Source: Camelus ferus (lineage: Eukaryota). Taken from it: a stretch of 64,000 bases of DNA. The position numbers and the translations under genes were made by a program. Each line of letters opens with the position of its first letter. Positions within the stretch are counted from its first letter, which is position 1. The stretch spans positions 2,482,001 through 2,546,000 of the forward strand of contig NC_045697.1 in the NCBI RefSeq assembly GCF_009834535.1, read 5' to 3'. The notes beneath the pieces were generated by a model. That model did not search any database. It was not told where the DNA came from and was given only the letters and a program-made list of their open reading frames with translations. Shown here piece by piece: positions 10,950 through 24,141 of this stretch.

Positions 10950-13330
10950 GGGCGGGGGGGTACAGGGTCACTGCTCGGTGGGAGGGTTAAATAAGCAGAC
11001 ACGGTGGTGAGAGGGCTGGTGCGGGGCGGGGGAGGGTCAGCGTTCCCAGCTTTGGGGGCGAGTCCCCGCCTGGGCCTGGTGGGGGGGGGGAGATAATCCT
11101 TCAGGGTAGAAGTGTGTCCTGGAGACCCCGGTAGGCGGCCTGCCCCGAGGGGCCCAGGGTGATGAGCGCAGAGCGGGGAGCGCGGAGCAGCAGGAGCGCA
11201 GGGCCTGGAAGGCCGGGGTAAGACCTGGACCACGGGGCCGGGGCGGGGCGGGGCGGGAGGAGGCCGCAGCCTGCAGGCCTGGCAGGAAAGAGACCACGAC
11301 CCGCCGGGCAGAGGCGGAGAAGCTGCCGGGTCACCGGGGTGGGAGATGGTGGCTTCATTTAGGGGATTTAAAACCACGAGGAGAAGCCTGAGCGCCTGAG
11401 CCCCTGGGCGCTGAGTCGACAGCCCCAACCCAAGGGCAAAAACAGGGCGTAGGGGCTTAAGGTTGGACTTCACTGTTGCTGGTAATGCACTGGGGCAGGA
11501 AGTTGGGTGAGGGTAGCCAGGCTCAGTCGGGTCGTGCAGATTGTCCTCAGGGCGACCAGGGTTCCCTGCCACCCGGGCTTTGGGTGGTCACCTCTGCAGA
11601 GTTCGCCCACTGCGCGCTCCGGTTCTGCCCGGGATCCTAGGCTGTGGTGGCAGGCCATGTGGCCCGGGCTTGTTTTAGAGACAGGGTTACAACCTGGGGT
11701 CAGTGGGGGAAACTGAGGCGGGCAACCGGGCCTGCATTTGCAGCCCTGCCATGCCCAGCCCTCAGCCTCCCTTTCCCTCTGCTGAAACTCAGTTTCTCTG
11801 TTGGGGAAACGGAGACCCAAGGCGGCTTCTGGCAGAGCTGCTGCGGGGACTCACGGAGGCCGCGGGGGTCCACAGGGAGGGCAGCGGGGAAGAAGCAAAA
11901 CCTTAACACCTCGACAGTGGCTCGCCACGTACCCGGGCTTTACAGGCCCAAGACGTAAGCGGAGCACCCGTTCTTGGGACAGGAAGGAGCCGATTCCTGC
12001 TCTGGAAGACCCCGCAAACTCAGTGTCGGGACGCTTGGGGCTGGACTGCGAACCAAGGGGTGGGGCAGCGGGTGCTTCACTGGGATCGCCGGCTCCTCCG
12101 GCGCGGGCGGGCGCCGGGAGCAGCAGGCCTCCCGGGGACCGTGGTGACCTGGAAGGCAGCGGCCTTGGGGGCAGCAGCGGCGGGAGCCCGCGCCGGCTTG
12201 AGGGTTTCTCCCGCGTGGTCTCCTTCTGAGCGCTTAGTGCTAGCTAGTGCCGGGCATCCGCGCGCGGGTCTGCGGGCTCAGCCCCGCGCCTTCTCTTCCC
12301 GGCCCCGTGACTGGACTGCGGGTGGGGCTGGAGCCTCAGGGCGACGGACCTTGATTCTCGTCCGGGGCGGGCGGTCTCGGGAAGGGCTCTGGGTCCTTCG
12401 GGAACTTTCTACCGGGGTGCGTGTCTGCAGCGCGAGGTCACTGGTCTGCGTCCCCGCGGATGCGTCCCATCAGCAAATGGCCGGGTTCCCCTGGCTAGCG
12501 CTCTGCTGAAAGGATCAGAAGGAGGCATTTCCTACGGAGTTGGGGGTAGTCCTTTGTCTCCAGCCCCAAGCAGCCTGCTGCAGCCCCCGCGGCCCCTCTG
12601 GAGAGGTCAGAACAAAGCCCAGCGAGATCAGGAACGAAACCCACACCATCCAGAAGGGGGCGCTTTATCCTGCTTACAACGCCCAGGGGCTGCCGGCAGG
12701 ACAAGTGGAGGGACCGAGGCGGGCGGGAGCCCGGGGAATGCTGTGCGGGGTACTGGCCCGCGCTCCGAGCCGCGCGGTGGGACCTCCGTCGACCTCGGCA
12801 ACCGGGCCTGCGGCGCCCCGCGCGGGCGAGCCCGGGCCGGGAGGCGGCGGGAGGCCGGCGTGAGCCTGCTCGGCCTCGTATCCCGCGCGGCGGCACCGCG
12901 AGTCCTCGCTGGTCCGCCTCCCGCCTCCCTTCCCGGCGAGTGGGCCGGAGACGCACGCGCGCCCCGCCGCAGGAGCAGCTGTGGAGGGAACAGCACCTGC
13001 CGCGGGCGCCTGCCTCTGCGGGGTGCTCCCGCCGAGCCTGTCTCGAGGGCGATAACCCAGGTGGCCCGCGGGGCGAGGGAGCCGCCCGCAGCCCCGGGAG
13101 GGCCTGAGACCCCAAACCGCTCCCAGCCTGCAGCTTCGCGGGCCGCACACTCAGCGATTCGCTCGCCCAGACAGGCCCGCGCTCTCTGCGCCGCGAGCCG
13201 CGGGGACAGCTCGCACCCGCGCTGGAGGAGGGCGCAGCCCAGGGTGGTGGCGACAACGGAAGCAGAGAAGGAAGAAACTAGGGTAGGGCGCAGTGGGGAG
13301 GGCTGCCCCAAAGAGGTGACAGGCTGCGCT
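10950..13330. promoter_or_regulatory. Orphan CpG island ~18-20 kb upstream of HMX1
   Basis: Dense CpG, strongest at 12050-13260; GC-box run ggggccggggcggggcggggcggg near 11235-11256; no recognisable protein in any frame. Confidence 0.75.
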
Positions 13331-13464
13331 CCGAAGGTTACCCGTTGGAACTGAGTGTGTTCCCTCCTGTATCCACCCTCCCCTGTGTCCCCGAGATCCC
13401 CCCCGTTTTTCCCCCTTATGGACGACGGCTTTGTGGGGTTCAAGTGTGCAGCCACCAACTGAGA

Positions 13465-13560
13465 TTCATTCCCTCCATCAACAAATATTTTTTGAGTGTT
13501 TTCTCTGCGCCAGGCAAGGTTCTAGGCCCTGGGTAGAGACAGTGCACTAGAGTGGGGCCA
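13465..13560 (-). mobile_element. LINE-2 3' end fragment
   Basis: ttcattccctccatcaacaaatattttttgagtg...tgcgccaggca...ttctaggccctggg is the typical reverse-complement L2 terminus. Confidence 0.6.
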
Positions 13561-14917
13561 CGGGGGAGCTTGGGGGTGGGCTGGGTGGACAGTAAACACG
13601 TCAGTGAATGTGCACTGCACCCTCTGACGGCAGGAAGGCTGCTGGGAGAAGAAGGCATTCAAGCTGGTCCTGAGCTACAAGAAAGCTGTCTTCTTGCCTG
13701 GGGAGAGGGAAGGGGAGACATGACCGGTTTTGCACCCAGAGGATGTGAGGTTTGCAGGACAGAAGTTGAGGAGGCGCAGGGTTTGGGGTCAGAGCATCTA
13801 GGAAGAGGCAGTGGTCACTGTGACCAGGAACTTGAGAAAAGACATGGGAGGCAGTGAGACTTGGATTCTGGAAAGCATGTGCTGCAGGGTCCTCCCTCCA
13901 AGCCGAGGCCCTGACTGCCCCTCCTCCCTCCCTGCCACCTAGAGGGAAATGCCAGTGAGGCTGTGGTCTTGGGTGGCCAGGCCGCACTCTTCCATGGACC
14001 ACAACCTCCCCTAGGTCAGTGCGGGTGCAAGGTGGATGACTTGGTCCCTGCAGCAGCCCTGAGAAATCAGGATCATGTTGAACCCATTTCCTGATGAGGA
14101 AACTGAGGCTCCAGGCACTCAGCAAAATAGCTTTAAACACAATGGTGGGGAGTGCACTCAATTTGGGGGTGACTAGAGAGGTAGAACAATTTGGGACAGG
14201 CCTCCCCATCCAAGGGACAGCTCGACAGTGGGGAAACTGAACCTCACCTAGGGCCAGGATTTGCCCAAAGAGCAAGTTTGGGACTGGCCTCTGTCCTGGC
14301 ACAACCTGGTGGTGTAGGGGTGAGGGGAGGGATGGGGACCTCTGCTGCTGGGCACAGCCCTGGGAAAAACCTTGGTGCTGGGGTGGCTGGCGAATCCCAA
14401 GTTCCCACACCGCTACTGGCCAGCCTCACGTACACGTCCAGGGAGGGGAGCTTGCAGACAGAGCCACCTGGCCCCTGCTGGGGCAGCGCTCAGATTGGCT
14501 CTGGGATCCAAGTGGTGAGACGCAGAATCGGGCTAGTGAGTCTGGGCTGGGCACGCTAAGCCCTGAATTAAGGTGGTGTAGGCGTGTGGAGCCCCAGATC
14601 ACCCTCCCCTCTGGGCTCCAGCCCTGTCTGGGCCTTTTGTGAGCCCCTCTCCTGGACGCCCTCCCTATAAAGCCAAGGCGTTTCCGTGGGGAGGGACTTC
14701 GGTTGGGATGCTTCACCTGCTAGGTTGGTGCTGATGTGGAAGCTCTCAGTGCCCAGGCAGAGGGTGCACTTGGCTGGGGTTTGCTCACGTGGTTTCCCTC
14801 CCATTTTGGTGGACATTTGGTGTGGGGCTGGCCCTGTCCTCTTGGCCTCCATGGATGGCTTCCTTTCCCCTAGAGGGTGGCCCTCAGCATTTCGTATTTT
14901 TTGTTTGTCTTGTTTGC

Positions 14918-15365
14918 CTTTTTAAAAAAGTTGAAGTATAGTCAATCTACTATGTTGTGTTAATTTCTGGTGTGCAGCACAGGGATTCAGTTGTGTGTGT
15001 GTGTGTGTGTCCCTATTCTTCTTCATTACAGGCTATTACATGTGACAGTTAGTATCTGTGAATCCTGAGCTCCCAGTTTATCCCTCCCACCCCTTTTCCT
15101 TCTGGTGACCATAAGTTTGTTTTCTACATCTGAGTCTGTCTCTGTTTTGTAGAGAAGTACATTTGTGTCCTTATTTTAAGATTCCACGTGTAAATGGTCT
15201 CATATGGTAATTTTTCTTTCTCTTTCTGGCTTAACTTCACTGAGGATGATGCTCTCCAGGTCCATCCACGTTGCTGCCAATGGCATTATTTTATTCTTTT
15301 GCACGGCTGAGTAGGATTCCATTGTATAAACAGACCACAGCTTTTCTATCCAGTCATCTCAACGG
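14918..15365 (-). mobile_element. L1 3' end fragment
   Basis: ttgaagtatagtcaat...gattccacgtgtaa...ctctccaggtccatccacgttgctgccaatggcattatt; contains a short (TG)n at ~14992-15009. Confidence 0.85.
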
Positions 15366-15675
15366 ATCTTTAGATTCAGTGTTTACTCTTAAGGGGGATG
15401 AACCATCTGGCCCTGGAAACTGTCAGGAGGATGGATTCAGAGTAGGGGGGAGGGGAACTCCAACTCTGCCACCTCCAGCAGGTGGCTCTGGGTGAGTGGG
15501 TATCACCACCTCCCAGCCCTCTGCTTCCTCCTGGCAAAGCCCGGACCACTCTTGGCTTGGCCCAGGACCATGTGTAGGCCACAGGTAGTCTGGTCCTACG
15601 TGTTTACTTTCTGCAGACTCTTCTGCCTTGTGCACAGTTAAAGCTCCAACAGCTGACACTTGGCCTGGCTCAGAC

Positions 15676-15757
15676 AAGGAAGGAAGGAAGGAAGGAAGGA
15701 AGGAAGGAAGGAAGGAAGGAAGAGGAGAAGGAAGGAGGGGAGGGAGGGAGGGAGGAG
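15676..15757. repeat. (AAGG)n / (GGGA)n microsatellite
   Basis: About 11 perfect AAGG units followed by degenerate purine repeats. Confidence 0.95.
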
Positions 15758-18700
15758 TGAGAAGGGCCCCTTACCACTCACTAGACCAACAGAGAGAGTT
15801 CAAGGAGAACTGAGCTCAACTGGGGCCCCAGGGTTGGGACACCCAGTGGCCAGGGGCTCACCAGGATGCCAGGGACTCTGGGTCCTGCCGGCCGGCCAGG
15901 GGCTGTCCTCCTTCCCCACAGCCCACTCCCTGCATCAGTTCTGTGCCACAGGCTCAGAGTAGAGGCAAGCTGTTGGAGGTCCGGGACACCGCAGCAGCAG
16001 GAGGGAAGTGCGCCCGAGAAGCATGCAGAGGGGCTCCCGGATCCCTGGCGGACACAAGGGTGTTCCTAGGAATTTAATGAAACTCCATTGTTCCCTCAGG
16101 GTGGGACCGAGTGTGGCCCAGGGCAAGGATTTCGGGGCCAAGGAAGTGGGGGCTACCCACCCCCAGTCAAGGGCCCACTGCTGAGTTTGCATTTCAGGTT
16201 TATTCCCTCCCTTTTCTCTAGGCGTGTGCCTCTCTGCTCTTCAGAGCTGTCTCCCTTGAAATGCTAAATGAAACCCCAGGAGGAAGGCGGGGTGCACCCA
16301 CTTCAACTGAGGAGCCTGCAGCCCCCTCCTCAAGTGACTTTGCAACTGTGAGGTTAACCCAGCTCGCCTCCACTGTGGGGCCCCCAGTTCTCCCCAGGGC
16401 TCCCCCCCGAGGTGCCGTGGGAGTGGGGGCGCCCGGGACTCAGACTGAGAACTCTGGCAGAGCAGGCTGGGCACTGGAAGCTCCGGGCCCTGGTCCTGCT
16501 CTCAGACGCGCCAGCTCTCCAGCTGCCTTGGGGATCATTTTGTGTCAGCCTAGTCTGGAGAAACTGCTGGAAGCAGTTTGGCTCCCAAGTGTCCAGCACG
16601 GTGGGGCGGAAGCTGGGTGGCACAGGACACCCTGGGCGCTGTGTGCCTCCGGGACACACAGAGCGAGGATGGGCGTGTGTCCCCAAGCCTGAGGGCAGGC
16701 TGCCAGGGGTTTCTGTTGCGCTCTTCCCCTTTAGGATTAGGGAAGGGGTGGTCTGCTCTGGAAACGACTTCTCAGCCATACAGATCAAATCAACTGACAT
16801 CTCAGTCTTGGCAGCATCACCTGCGGGGTCCCCAGTGAGCTGAGGTGGGAGCGGAGGAGCACGGCCCGCAGTGTGGCCGATCTGAGACCTTCTTGCTGGT
16901 GGGTCGGCTGCGAGGGAGGGGACGGGGCTCCAGTCCTCATCTCGGCTCCAGTCCTCATCTCTGCTCCTCCTGGGGTTCAGGTCCCCTCCTGCACCAGCAC
17001 TGTCTCACAGCACCTTGGTCAAGTCGGCCCTGTTGTCAAGCCCTTTTTTCCATTGAGAAGACTGAGGCTAAAAGAGACGATTGGGTGTGGAGTTTACCAG
17101 CCTGGGGTATCCTGAAGCCAGAGACGGACACGCAGTCCGGGCAGCGTGGGGCCCGAGTGGATAGTGGTTTGGTAGCTTATGGCACCGCACCTCGCATCTG
17201 GGACAGAGCCCTCATGTGGGCAGGAGCAGAGGCTGGTGTTGCTATCAGCCTCGTGGAGTTGGCCTCGTGATGCTGTGTGGGGCTGTGACCCGCTGGCAAC
17301 TCAGCACACTCCTCAGGACGCCTTCCTCTTGGTGTCATCCTGGGGCATTAAATGCAGGAAAAGCAGGGAGAGGTCCTGGGAGGCGGCCACCCGGGTGGAA
17401 GCCCCGCCCACCAGGTAGGAAGCCCCACCCACTGGCACTCAGACCTGAGCGGTAGTCGCCCAGGAGGCGGGGATCTGATCACAGTCTTGGTCTAGAAATT
17501 ACACTTTAAAGCTGGATTCAGTCAAAGCATCAACTGCCTGGCGTGGACCCACAGGTGTCCACCTCAGAGCGAGTGGGGGCTTCCCAGCAGGACAGGGAGT
17601 CTGCTCTCCAAGGCCCTGGCAGATGGCCCCCTGCTCCTTCCTGACCCGTTTCCCCTGCAGAGGGGCTGGGTTGGACCTAAGTCTCAGTGACCCCTGCGCC
17701 TCCCACATTGGCTAATTCAGAGCCTCCTGCAGCCCCTGCCTTCTCAGCCATCATGTTATTAAGTAATGCTCCCTTACATACAGAGGGGAAGGAGTGGAGT
17801 TCAGGCCACTGGGGCTCCAGGGACCCGGCACAGGACTCCAAGCTCGTGAGGCCCTGGTGGGAAAACATTTGGTCCTCTAGCCTCCTCATGGTTCTTGTTT
17901 TAGGAGGAGTATACACACTTGTCTCTGTGTAGCTCGGCTCCTCCCTCCACCTGTCTTCCTATGGACCCTGATGGCTGGGCACAGTCTATCTGCAGACTCA
18001 TGAGGGCATCAGGGAAATATCCCAGATGGGAAAAGGAAAGAGAGAGAGAGAGAGGAAAGAGAGCTAGTTCCTACCTGTGCACCTGAGAAGCCAGGCTGGG
18101 CACCGCCCCTTGAACTTGAGTCTGACGTGGCAATAATCCCATCCTTTATGGAATCTAAAGTCCACCTTGGCTTCTGGGGGTGAGGAAAGCCTCCTTCTCC
18201 CTGGCTCTGCAGGACCACAAAGCGTGGGCCAGGAAGGAGACGTGGGGCCAGGACCCCTACTGCACCCTGAGTTCTCTGTCACAGCCTTTACTCGGGGCAG
18301 TTACACGTGATACCTGGACAAGGGCCCGTCCTGTCTTCCCACGTGGGCAAGGACGGGCCTGGCTTTGTCTGGGCTCTCTCCTGTGTCCAGAACAGGGCTT
18401 GGAGACTCGGCTAAATCAGTAGCCGCTGAACCACTGACTGAACGAATAAATGCAGTGCCTGAGTGTCTCCAAGCCCAGGAAGTGTGCTATTCCTTCAAGT
18501 CAGTTCAGAGAGTCTCCTCACGGTGGCGCTCGTGGGACGGGCCGGTTCATCCGGGCGGCGCAGGGTTTGCCTTTCAAGCGTTCAGGATGAATCAGCCTTA
18601 GATGAATACTTCTACTGTGCTCCCAGCTGAAGAGGCGAGCGCCTTCCAGCGAAATCTGGCTTATTTACAGATTCAGGTCCAAGAAGATGTTTTGTTTTAG

Positions 18701-19805
18701 CACATCCTCCCCTGGTCCCAAGGATGTAGTGAGGGATGACTTGGACACTAAACGTTTTTGGACAATTATTCAAGGGTGATTGTTAAAGCTGATATCTTAT
18801 TTGCCGTCTCGGTGAGGGAGTCTGCTGTGGAGGAGGGGCACGTGGACCGAGAGCCAGGCCCCGCCTTGCTAACCTCTTCCAATGATTCTCGCCTTATTAC
18901 AACACCGGACGGCTGATCACATCCCCGCTCCATGACTCTGGCCAAATCATTCCTTTTGGGATGCTTAGAATAGACTGCTCAGCGCTAAAGGAAACCTCAC
19001 CAGTGGCTGAGGATTGTAAGCACAGTGGCCACAGAGGCCACGAGGGGCCAAGTGAAGTCAAGCCCCAGCCACGACGCAGGACTTGCCCCCTAAAGGGCTC
19101 CACCGTGGGCAAGGGGCAGAGGGCGGTGTGGTTCGGGGGCAGCCTTCTGGGCCTGTTGTCTGTGTAAATGGCAGGAGTTGGGGGAGGCCTCTCTCTGAAG
19201 GGTTCAGGCAGCCTGGAACCTGCCCATCCCCCAGGCGTGGGGCATTCAGTAGACCCCCGCCTCCCGACCCCACCCTCTTCGGTTTGGGGTGTGTATGGAG
19301 TCGGGTGACAAGCGTGTCAGATCCGGCTGCCCCCAGATTAAGGGTCCTCCTCCTGATGGGCCCCTGCCTGTGCCTGACCAGCCTACACAAAGGAGACTCT
19401 GGCCAGCCTCTCCCCCAGCTGGAGGCTTACTAGCTTCTCAGAAGCACAATCTCTCCGTTCACCATTCTCAGTGCAAGTAAAGGGGACAGTCGGAGCAGCA
19501 AAAGACGGAATGAGCTACCTTGTGTGGTAGTGAGTTCCCTGTTGGGAGAGGTGTGCAAGCAGCAACTAGACGACCCCCATTAGGAGGTTTCTACACTGCA
19601 TCATTGTTGGGACCCTCCCTTTGAATTAATTTCCCAGATTGATTTCCAGGTGAGCTAACATTTTAGCTGTGGCTTAAAATCCCACTTCCTGCAGACACTG
19701 GGGTTGCCTCACCCAGGCCCAAAGAGCACTTGGCTGATGCACCCAGCAAATATAGAGGGACCTGGGCCCGAGCTAATGCCCTGGAGGCTGGTGAGAACTG
19801 AGTGG

Positions 19806-20200
19806 CGTCATGGGCTGAATAATGTCCCCAAAGACACCAGGTTCAAATCCCCGGAACCTATAACGTGACCTGGTATGGGAAAGGGGTCATTGGGATAGTT
19901 CAGGATTACCCTGGACAGAAGGTCCCGGATTATCCAAGGGGCCCTAACTGCCATCACAGGTGTGACGAGCTGGAGACGCAGGGAGGTTTGACACAGACAC
20001 ACGCTACAGCCCGGGGACGCCTGGGGCCCCCAGAAGCTGGAAGAGGTGGGAAGTCCTCCAGGGGGAGCCCGGCCCTGCAGACACTTGAATTCAACCCAGT
20101 GATACTGATTTAGGACTTCTGACCTCCAGAACTGCCTGAGAATAAATTTCTGTTGTTTTAAGCTGCCCAGCGCGTGGTGATTTGTTAGCGCTAGAACCAG
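19806..20200 (+). mobile_element. MLT1-type MaLR LTR
   Basis: tgggctgaataatgtccccaaaga...ggattatcc...ggacttctgacctccagaactg...agaataaatttctgttgttttaagc. Confidence 0.85.
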
Positions 20201-20494
20201 GCATCCGTGGATGGGTCCCTGATGTTTCACAGACAGAACTCGGTGTCTGGGACACACTCAGAGCCTGGGTTGCAGCTGCGGGGACCCAGCGGAAGGGCCT
20301 TTGGTCTGGTGCTGCTCGGTCCAGCTGGGGTCTGGGGGCCTCCCCCGGGAATGCTCCCTTCCAGCCGGGCTGCACACAGACACGGGGGCAAGGTGTGGGG
20401 GGGGGGGGCGGGCGGGGAGGGAGGCAGCGTCTGCACCTGGCCTAGGCCCCTTCAGAATCTTTCTCACACTTCAGTTATCAAACTTACCCTGCGA

Positions 20495-20590
20495 GGGGGA
20501 TGGTAGAGCTTAGTGGGAGAGCGCGTGCTTAGCATGCACGAGGTCCTGGGTTCAATCCCCAGTGCCTCCATTAAAAAAAAAAAATCTAAA
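20495..20590 (+). mobile_element. Short tRNA-derived SINE (camelid vic-1-like)
   Basis: ggggg..ggtagagcttagtgggagagcgcgtgcttagcatgcacgaggtcctgggttcaatccccagtgcctcca plus poly-A; Pol III A and B boxes; tRNA-Ala-like body. Confidence 0.85.
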
Positions 20591-21079
20591 GAAACCCCCC
20601 AAAAGCCCACTTCCCCTGAAAATGTCAGAACAGGTGCTTTCTGCAGGCCCTGAGAAAGTGGCGTGGTGGGTGAGGGCCCTGGGCCGCAGGCACCTTGGAT
20701 CGTAGGGTCGTCCCCCAGCCAGCCTTCCGCGGCCGGGCAGATCGGGAGGTTTCGGTGCAGATGCTGGTAAGCTGTTTTAAATTCACCCTTCCATTGGGCA
20801 AATAATTCATTCCCTCTAGGACCTGCTGAAAGGCCCACTGGTTTGGGACGGGCCAGCTCCAGAGGCAGGGAGGTGACAATCTCCACAAGCCATCGGCCCG
20901 CCGGGTGCTGGCTGCCTCTCTGAGCTGAGCACTGGGCTGCGGGGTACTGATAGCCTTCCTGGTCCCGGAGCTGATGACAGTCTCACTGATCGAGCTTTGA
21001 GTGGGGGGCGGGGAGGGGGGGGCGATGGCTCAGTGTTCAGAGGAGCCCAGGGAGGAGGGAGGATGCAAGGCTGAGCCTC

Positions 21080-22100
21080 AGCAGTGCTCGTCCCATGCTC
21101 CTCCCGACGGAGTGCTGCCTTCCCCACCCCGCGCTGCCTCCCCACCCGCCACGGGGCCAGGGCAGGGCGACTAAGGGAGGGAGCCAGGCCCTCAGTCTGT
21201 GCGGCCTCCCCAGCGGTCCGCTGGTTTAGAGCAAAAGCCGCTCGGACCCATCGGTCTGACAGCAAGAGTGGAAAGGAGCTCGGCCACCTGCTGGTGGAGG
21301 GCGCGGGACAGGCACCCCCAGCCCGCGCTGGTGCAGGCGTGAAGGGCTTCGGCCTTCCGGAAAAGCAACCTGGAAAAATGTATCTCACACTCACGCATGT
21401 GCGCCTACACGCACTCACACTCATGCTAGCCGGCCCAGCAGCGCTGCTGCGGAACGGCTCCCGGAGGCACAGGAGGAGCAGCCCGGGAGGAAGCGGCTGC
21501 ACGTCTCCTTGTCCGCAGGCCCCGTGCAGCGCTGTCTGCACTGATCAGCAACCACAGGACGAGCCCGCGCCCCGAACGCGCGGGTGGCGGAGGCGTGGCC
21601 CGTCCTCGGGACGAACGCAGCCAGGGCGACGCGGGCTGGGCTGGGGACTGAGAGGGCCCCCCGGGGCGGGCAGGGGCCGGGGCCGGGGTCGTGGAGGGAG
21701 GAGAGGCGGACGCAGGCACGGAAAGCGGAGGGGTGGGGGGTGGGGTGGGGTGGGGTGGGGGTGGGGGGGCTTGGACACGCTGGCCCTGCTGGCTGGGTGT
21801 TCATGTCTGCGCTCGCAGATCAAAGGCTTCTGGAGAGAAAGACGTAAAGGTGCACATTACGTCGGAGGGGTTTTCAGGGGGACAAGATGGAAGTAGGAGG
21901 GGTGCTGAGGGGGTCCGTGATGGAAGAGAAGCCCCACGAGTGTGAAGCTGCGCGGAGCGCGGGCGTGGGTGGGATCACGGGGGGGGGGGCGCGCACGCGG
22001 GAGGGAGGCGGGGCTGCCCGTGCGGAGGGCCCTGTGGGGTGAGGCGGGTCTGTGCGTGGAGTGCGGGCGGGCAGGTGTTGGCCAGACATCGGGGCGTGAG
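21080..22100. promoter_or_regulatory. CpG island ~10 kb upstream of HMX1
   Basis: CpG-dense, non-repeat sequence with G-runs. Confidence 0.65.
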
Positions 22101-22109
22101 GGGTGCAGC

Positions 22110-22190
22110 GTGTCTGGAGGTGTGTGTGTGGGCGCGGTAGAGGGGTGTGGACATGTGTGTGGGTTTGTGTACTTGGGGGGGGACGTGTGT

Positions 22191-22225
<35 letters not shown>

Positions 22226-22790
22226 TTGTGGAGGGTGCAGTGTGTGTGAGGGGCATGGGGGACTGAGCACATGCCTTTGGGGATGTGTAGATGGGTGTGT
22301 GGGTGTGGGGGATGGGTCTGTATGTATGAGTGTGTGGGTGGGTGTGTGTGTCAGTGAACATGTGTGTATATTTATGAGTTGGGCTATGTGTGTAAATGAG
22401 TGGGGGTGTGTATATACTAGTGTGTGTTATGTATGTAGGTAAATGTGTGTGTATTGTGTGAGGTATCTGTGAGGGGGTGTGTGTGTCAGTGAGTGTGTGT
22501 TATGAGTGGGTGTGTGTATAAATGAGTATGTGTTTTTGCATATAATGGGGATGTGTATATAAGTCGGCGTGTGAATATAGGTGTGTGTGTATAAGTGAAT
22601 GGCGGTGTGTCCACACTAGTGTGTGTTGTGTATACAGGTAATGTGTGTATACTTGTGTGTGTGTATCAGTGAGGGTGTGTGTGCAGATGCATGTGTGTGT
22701 GTGAGTGTCTCTGTGTGTTTATCTAAGTGAGGGGTGTGTGTATGAGTGTGTGTAGGTGAGTGTGTGTGTGTGCACACGTGAGCGGGGTGT
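22110..22790. repeat. Long degenerate (TG)n low-complexity tract
   Basis: About 680 bp of TG-rich repeats, with a perfect (GT)~14 at 22194-22222. Confidence 0.93.
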
Positions 22791-23729
22791 GGGTGGGGGT
22801 CCGTGGCCCCAGGCTGTGTTTCCTCAAAGAGCTGCATGGAGGGGTGTCCCAGAATGTCAGTGGAGGGTCTCAGGGTGGTGGGCTCCTGGTGACCTGTGTT
22901 TTCTCTTTTATATCACCAGGTATTTGTCAAATTCTTTGTGTTGATCACATATTATTTAATAACATAAAAGTGATTTTGTTGTAGCATAAAAGGCCAGGGT
23001 GAAGGCAGAGACCCTGAGGGGCCAGCAGAGCCAGTGGGTGAGGGCAGGCAACTCAATGGATTGGGGGTGCAGGCGCAGGACGCCTGGCGCGGGCGAGGTC
23101 CATGAACATCTCTTTTGCTGGTCTGGGCGCCGTCTATTCCTCCACCTGATGAGGGGCTGGAGGCTGAGAGTGGTTAGGGGGCTGCAGGGGGCCTGACGCA
23201 GAGCCCTGCCTCCCTGACACCCCAGGTAAGGGAGGTAGCAACCCCAGGTCCTCATACCCACGTTGGGGGACCACTCGGCCACATGGACCTCCCCCAGTCC
23301 CCACGTCAGTGGGTCAGAGGGTCAGTCAGGGGCTCTGACATGCCAGCCCCTCTACCCCTGCTTTCCCCCCCTACCTCCATCACAAGCACACCTGAGCCCA
23401 GGAGGACCCTGGGACCTCTGGGATCCCAGAACTTCTCCCCCACGACCTCTGACCTCTGTTTCCACTCCGCAGCCCAGAGGCCTTGGGTCCTCCAACCTCG
23501 CTAGGCGTCTCTGCCAAATGCCCTTAATGTTCCTCTCTCAGGGCATCACCCTGAGGACTTCTGACTTTTCCCACTTCATGTTTTAAAAATGAAGTAATAC
23601 TTGCACTTGGTGCAAACCTCAAACAGTGGAGACAGTGGACCTGAGATATCCTCTCACCCCTGTCCCCGGGAGGGAGCATCACACCAGGCCCCAGGCCCTC
23701 CTCCCACAGTCAGAGAAGCTGTCCTTCGT

Positions 23730-24141
23730 CCCGGGGCTGCCAGGGGCTCAGAACAGCAGAAGCAGACTCTCTCACAGACTGCAAGTCAGAAGTCCAAGAC
23801 CAAGGTGCTGGCCAGGCCGAGCTCCCCCTCTGAAGGCGGTGGCTGGGCTGTGTCCCAGGCTCTCTCCCAGCGCTGGGGGTCAGTGCCAATCTTGTGGGGT
23901 CACGTGGCAGCGCCTCCGCAGCCCTGCCCTGCGTCCTCCCCCCGTGCTGCTGTCTCTTTGCAGGGCATTCCTCTTATAAGGACACCAGTCCTGATGGATT
24001 AGGGCCCACCCACTCCAGGTGACCTCACCGTAGTAACACATTGCATCTGCAGTGACCCTATTTCCAGATGAGGTCACATTCTGAGGCACTGGGGTTTAGG
24101 GCTTCAACATATGAATTGGGGGAGACAGTTCAGCCCATCAC
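23730..24141 (-). mobile_element. MLT1-type MaLR LTR
   Basis: cagaagtccaagaccaaggtg...cttataaggacaccagtc...ggattagggcccac...gaccctatttcca...aggtcacattctgagg...ttcaacatatgaatt...cagcccatcaca. Confidence 0.88.

Noticed and set aside
12060..13458. Overlapping 150-276 aa ORFs on both strands of the upstream CpG island (similarly at 21, 25, 41 and 45 kb)
   Set aside because: Arg/Gly/Pro/Ala-rich, open in several frames at once and with no recognisable domain, as expected for CpG islands.
16926..16961. Perfect 18-bp tandem duplication (also 12-bp duplications near 3019 and 54385)
   Set aside because: Ordinary two-copy slippage duplications with no evident motif or spacer structure.
20495..20570. 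Possible tRNA-Ala gene
   Set aside because: Poly-A tail, degenerate stems and multiple dispersed copies indicate a SINE, not a functional tRNA.
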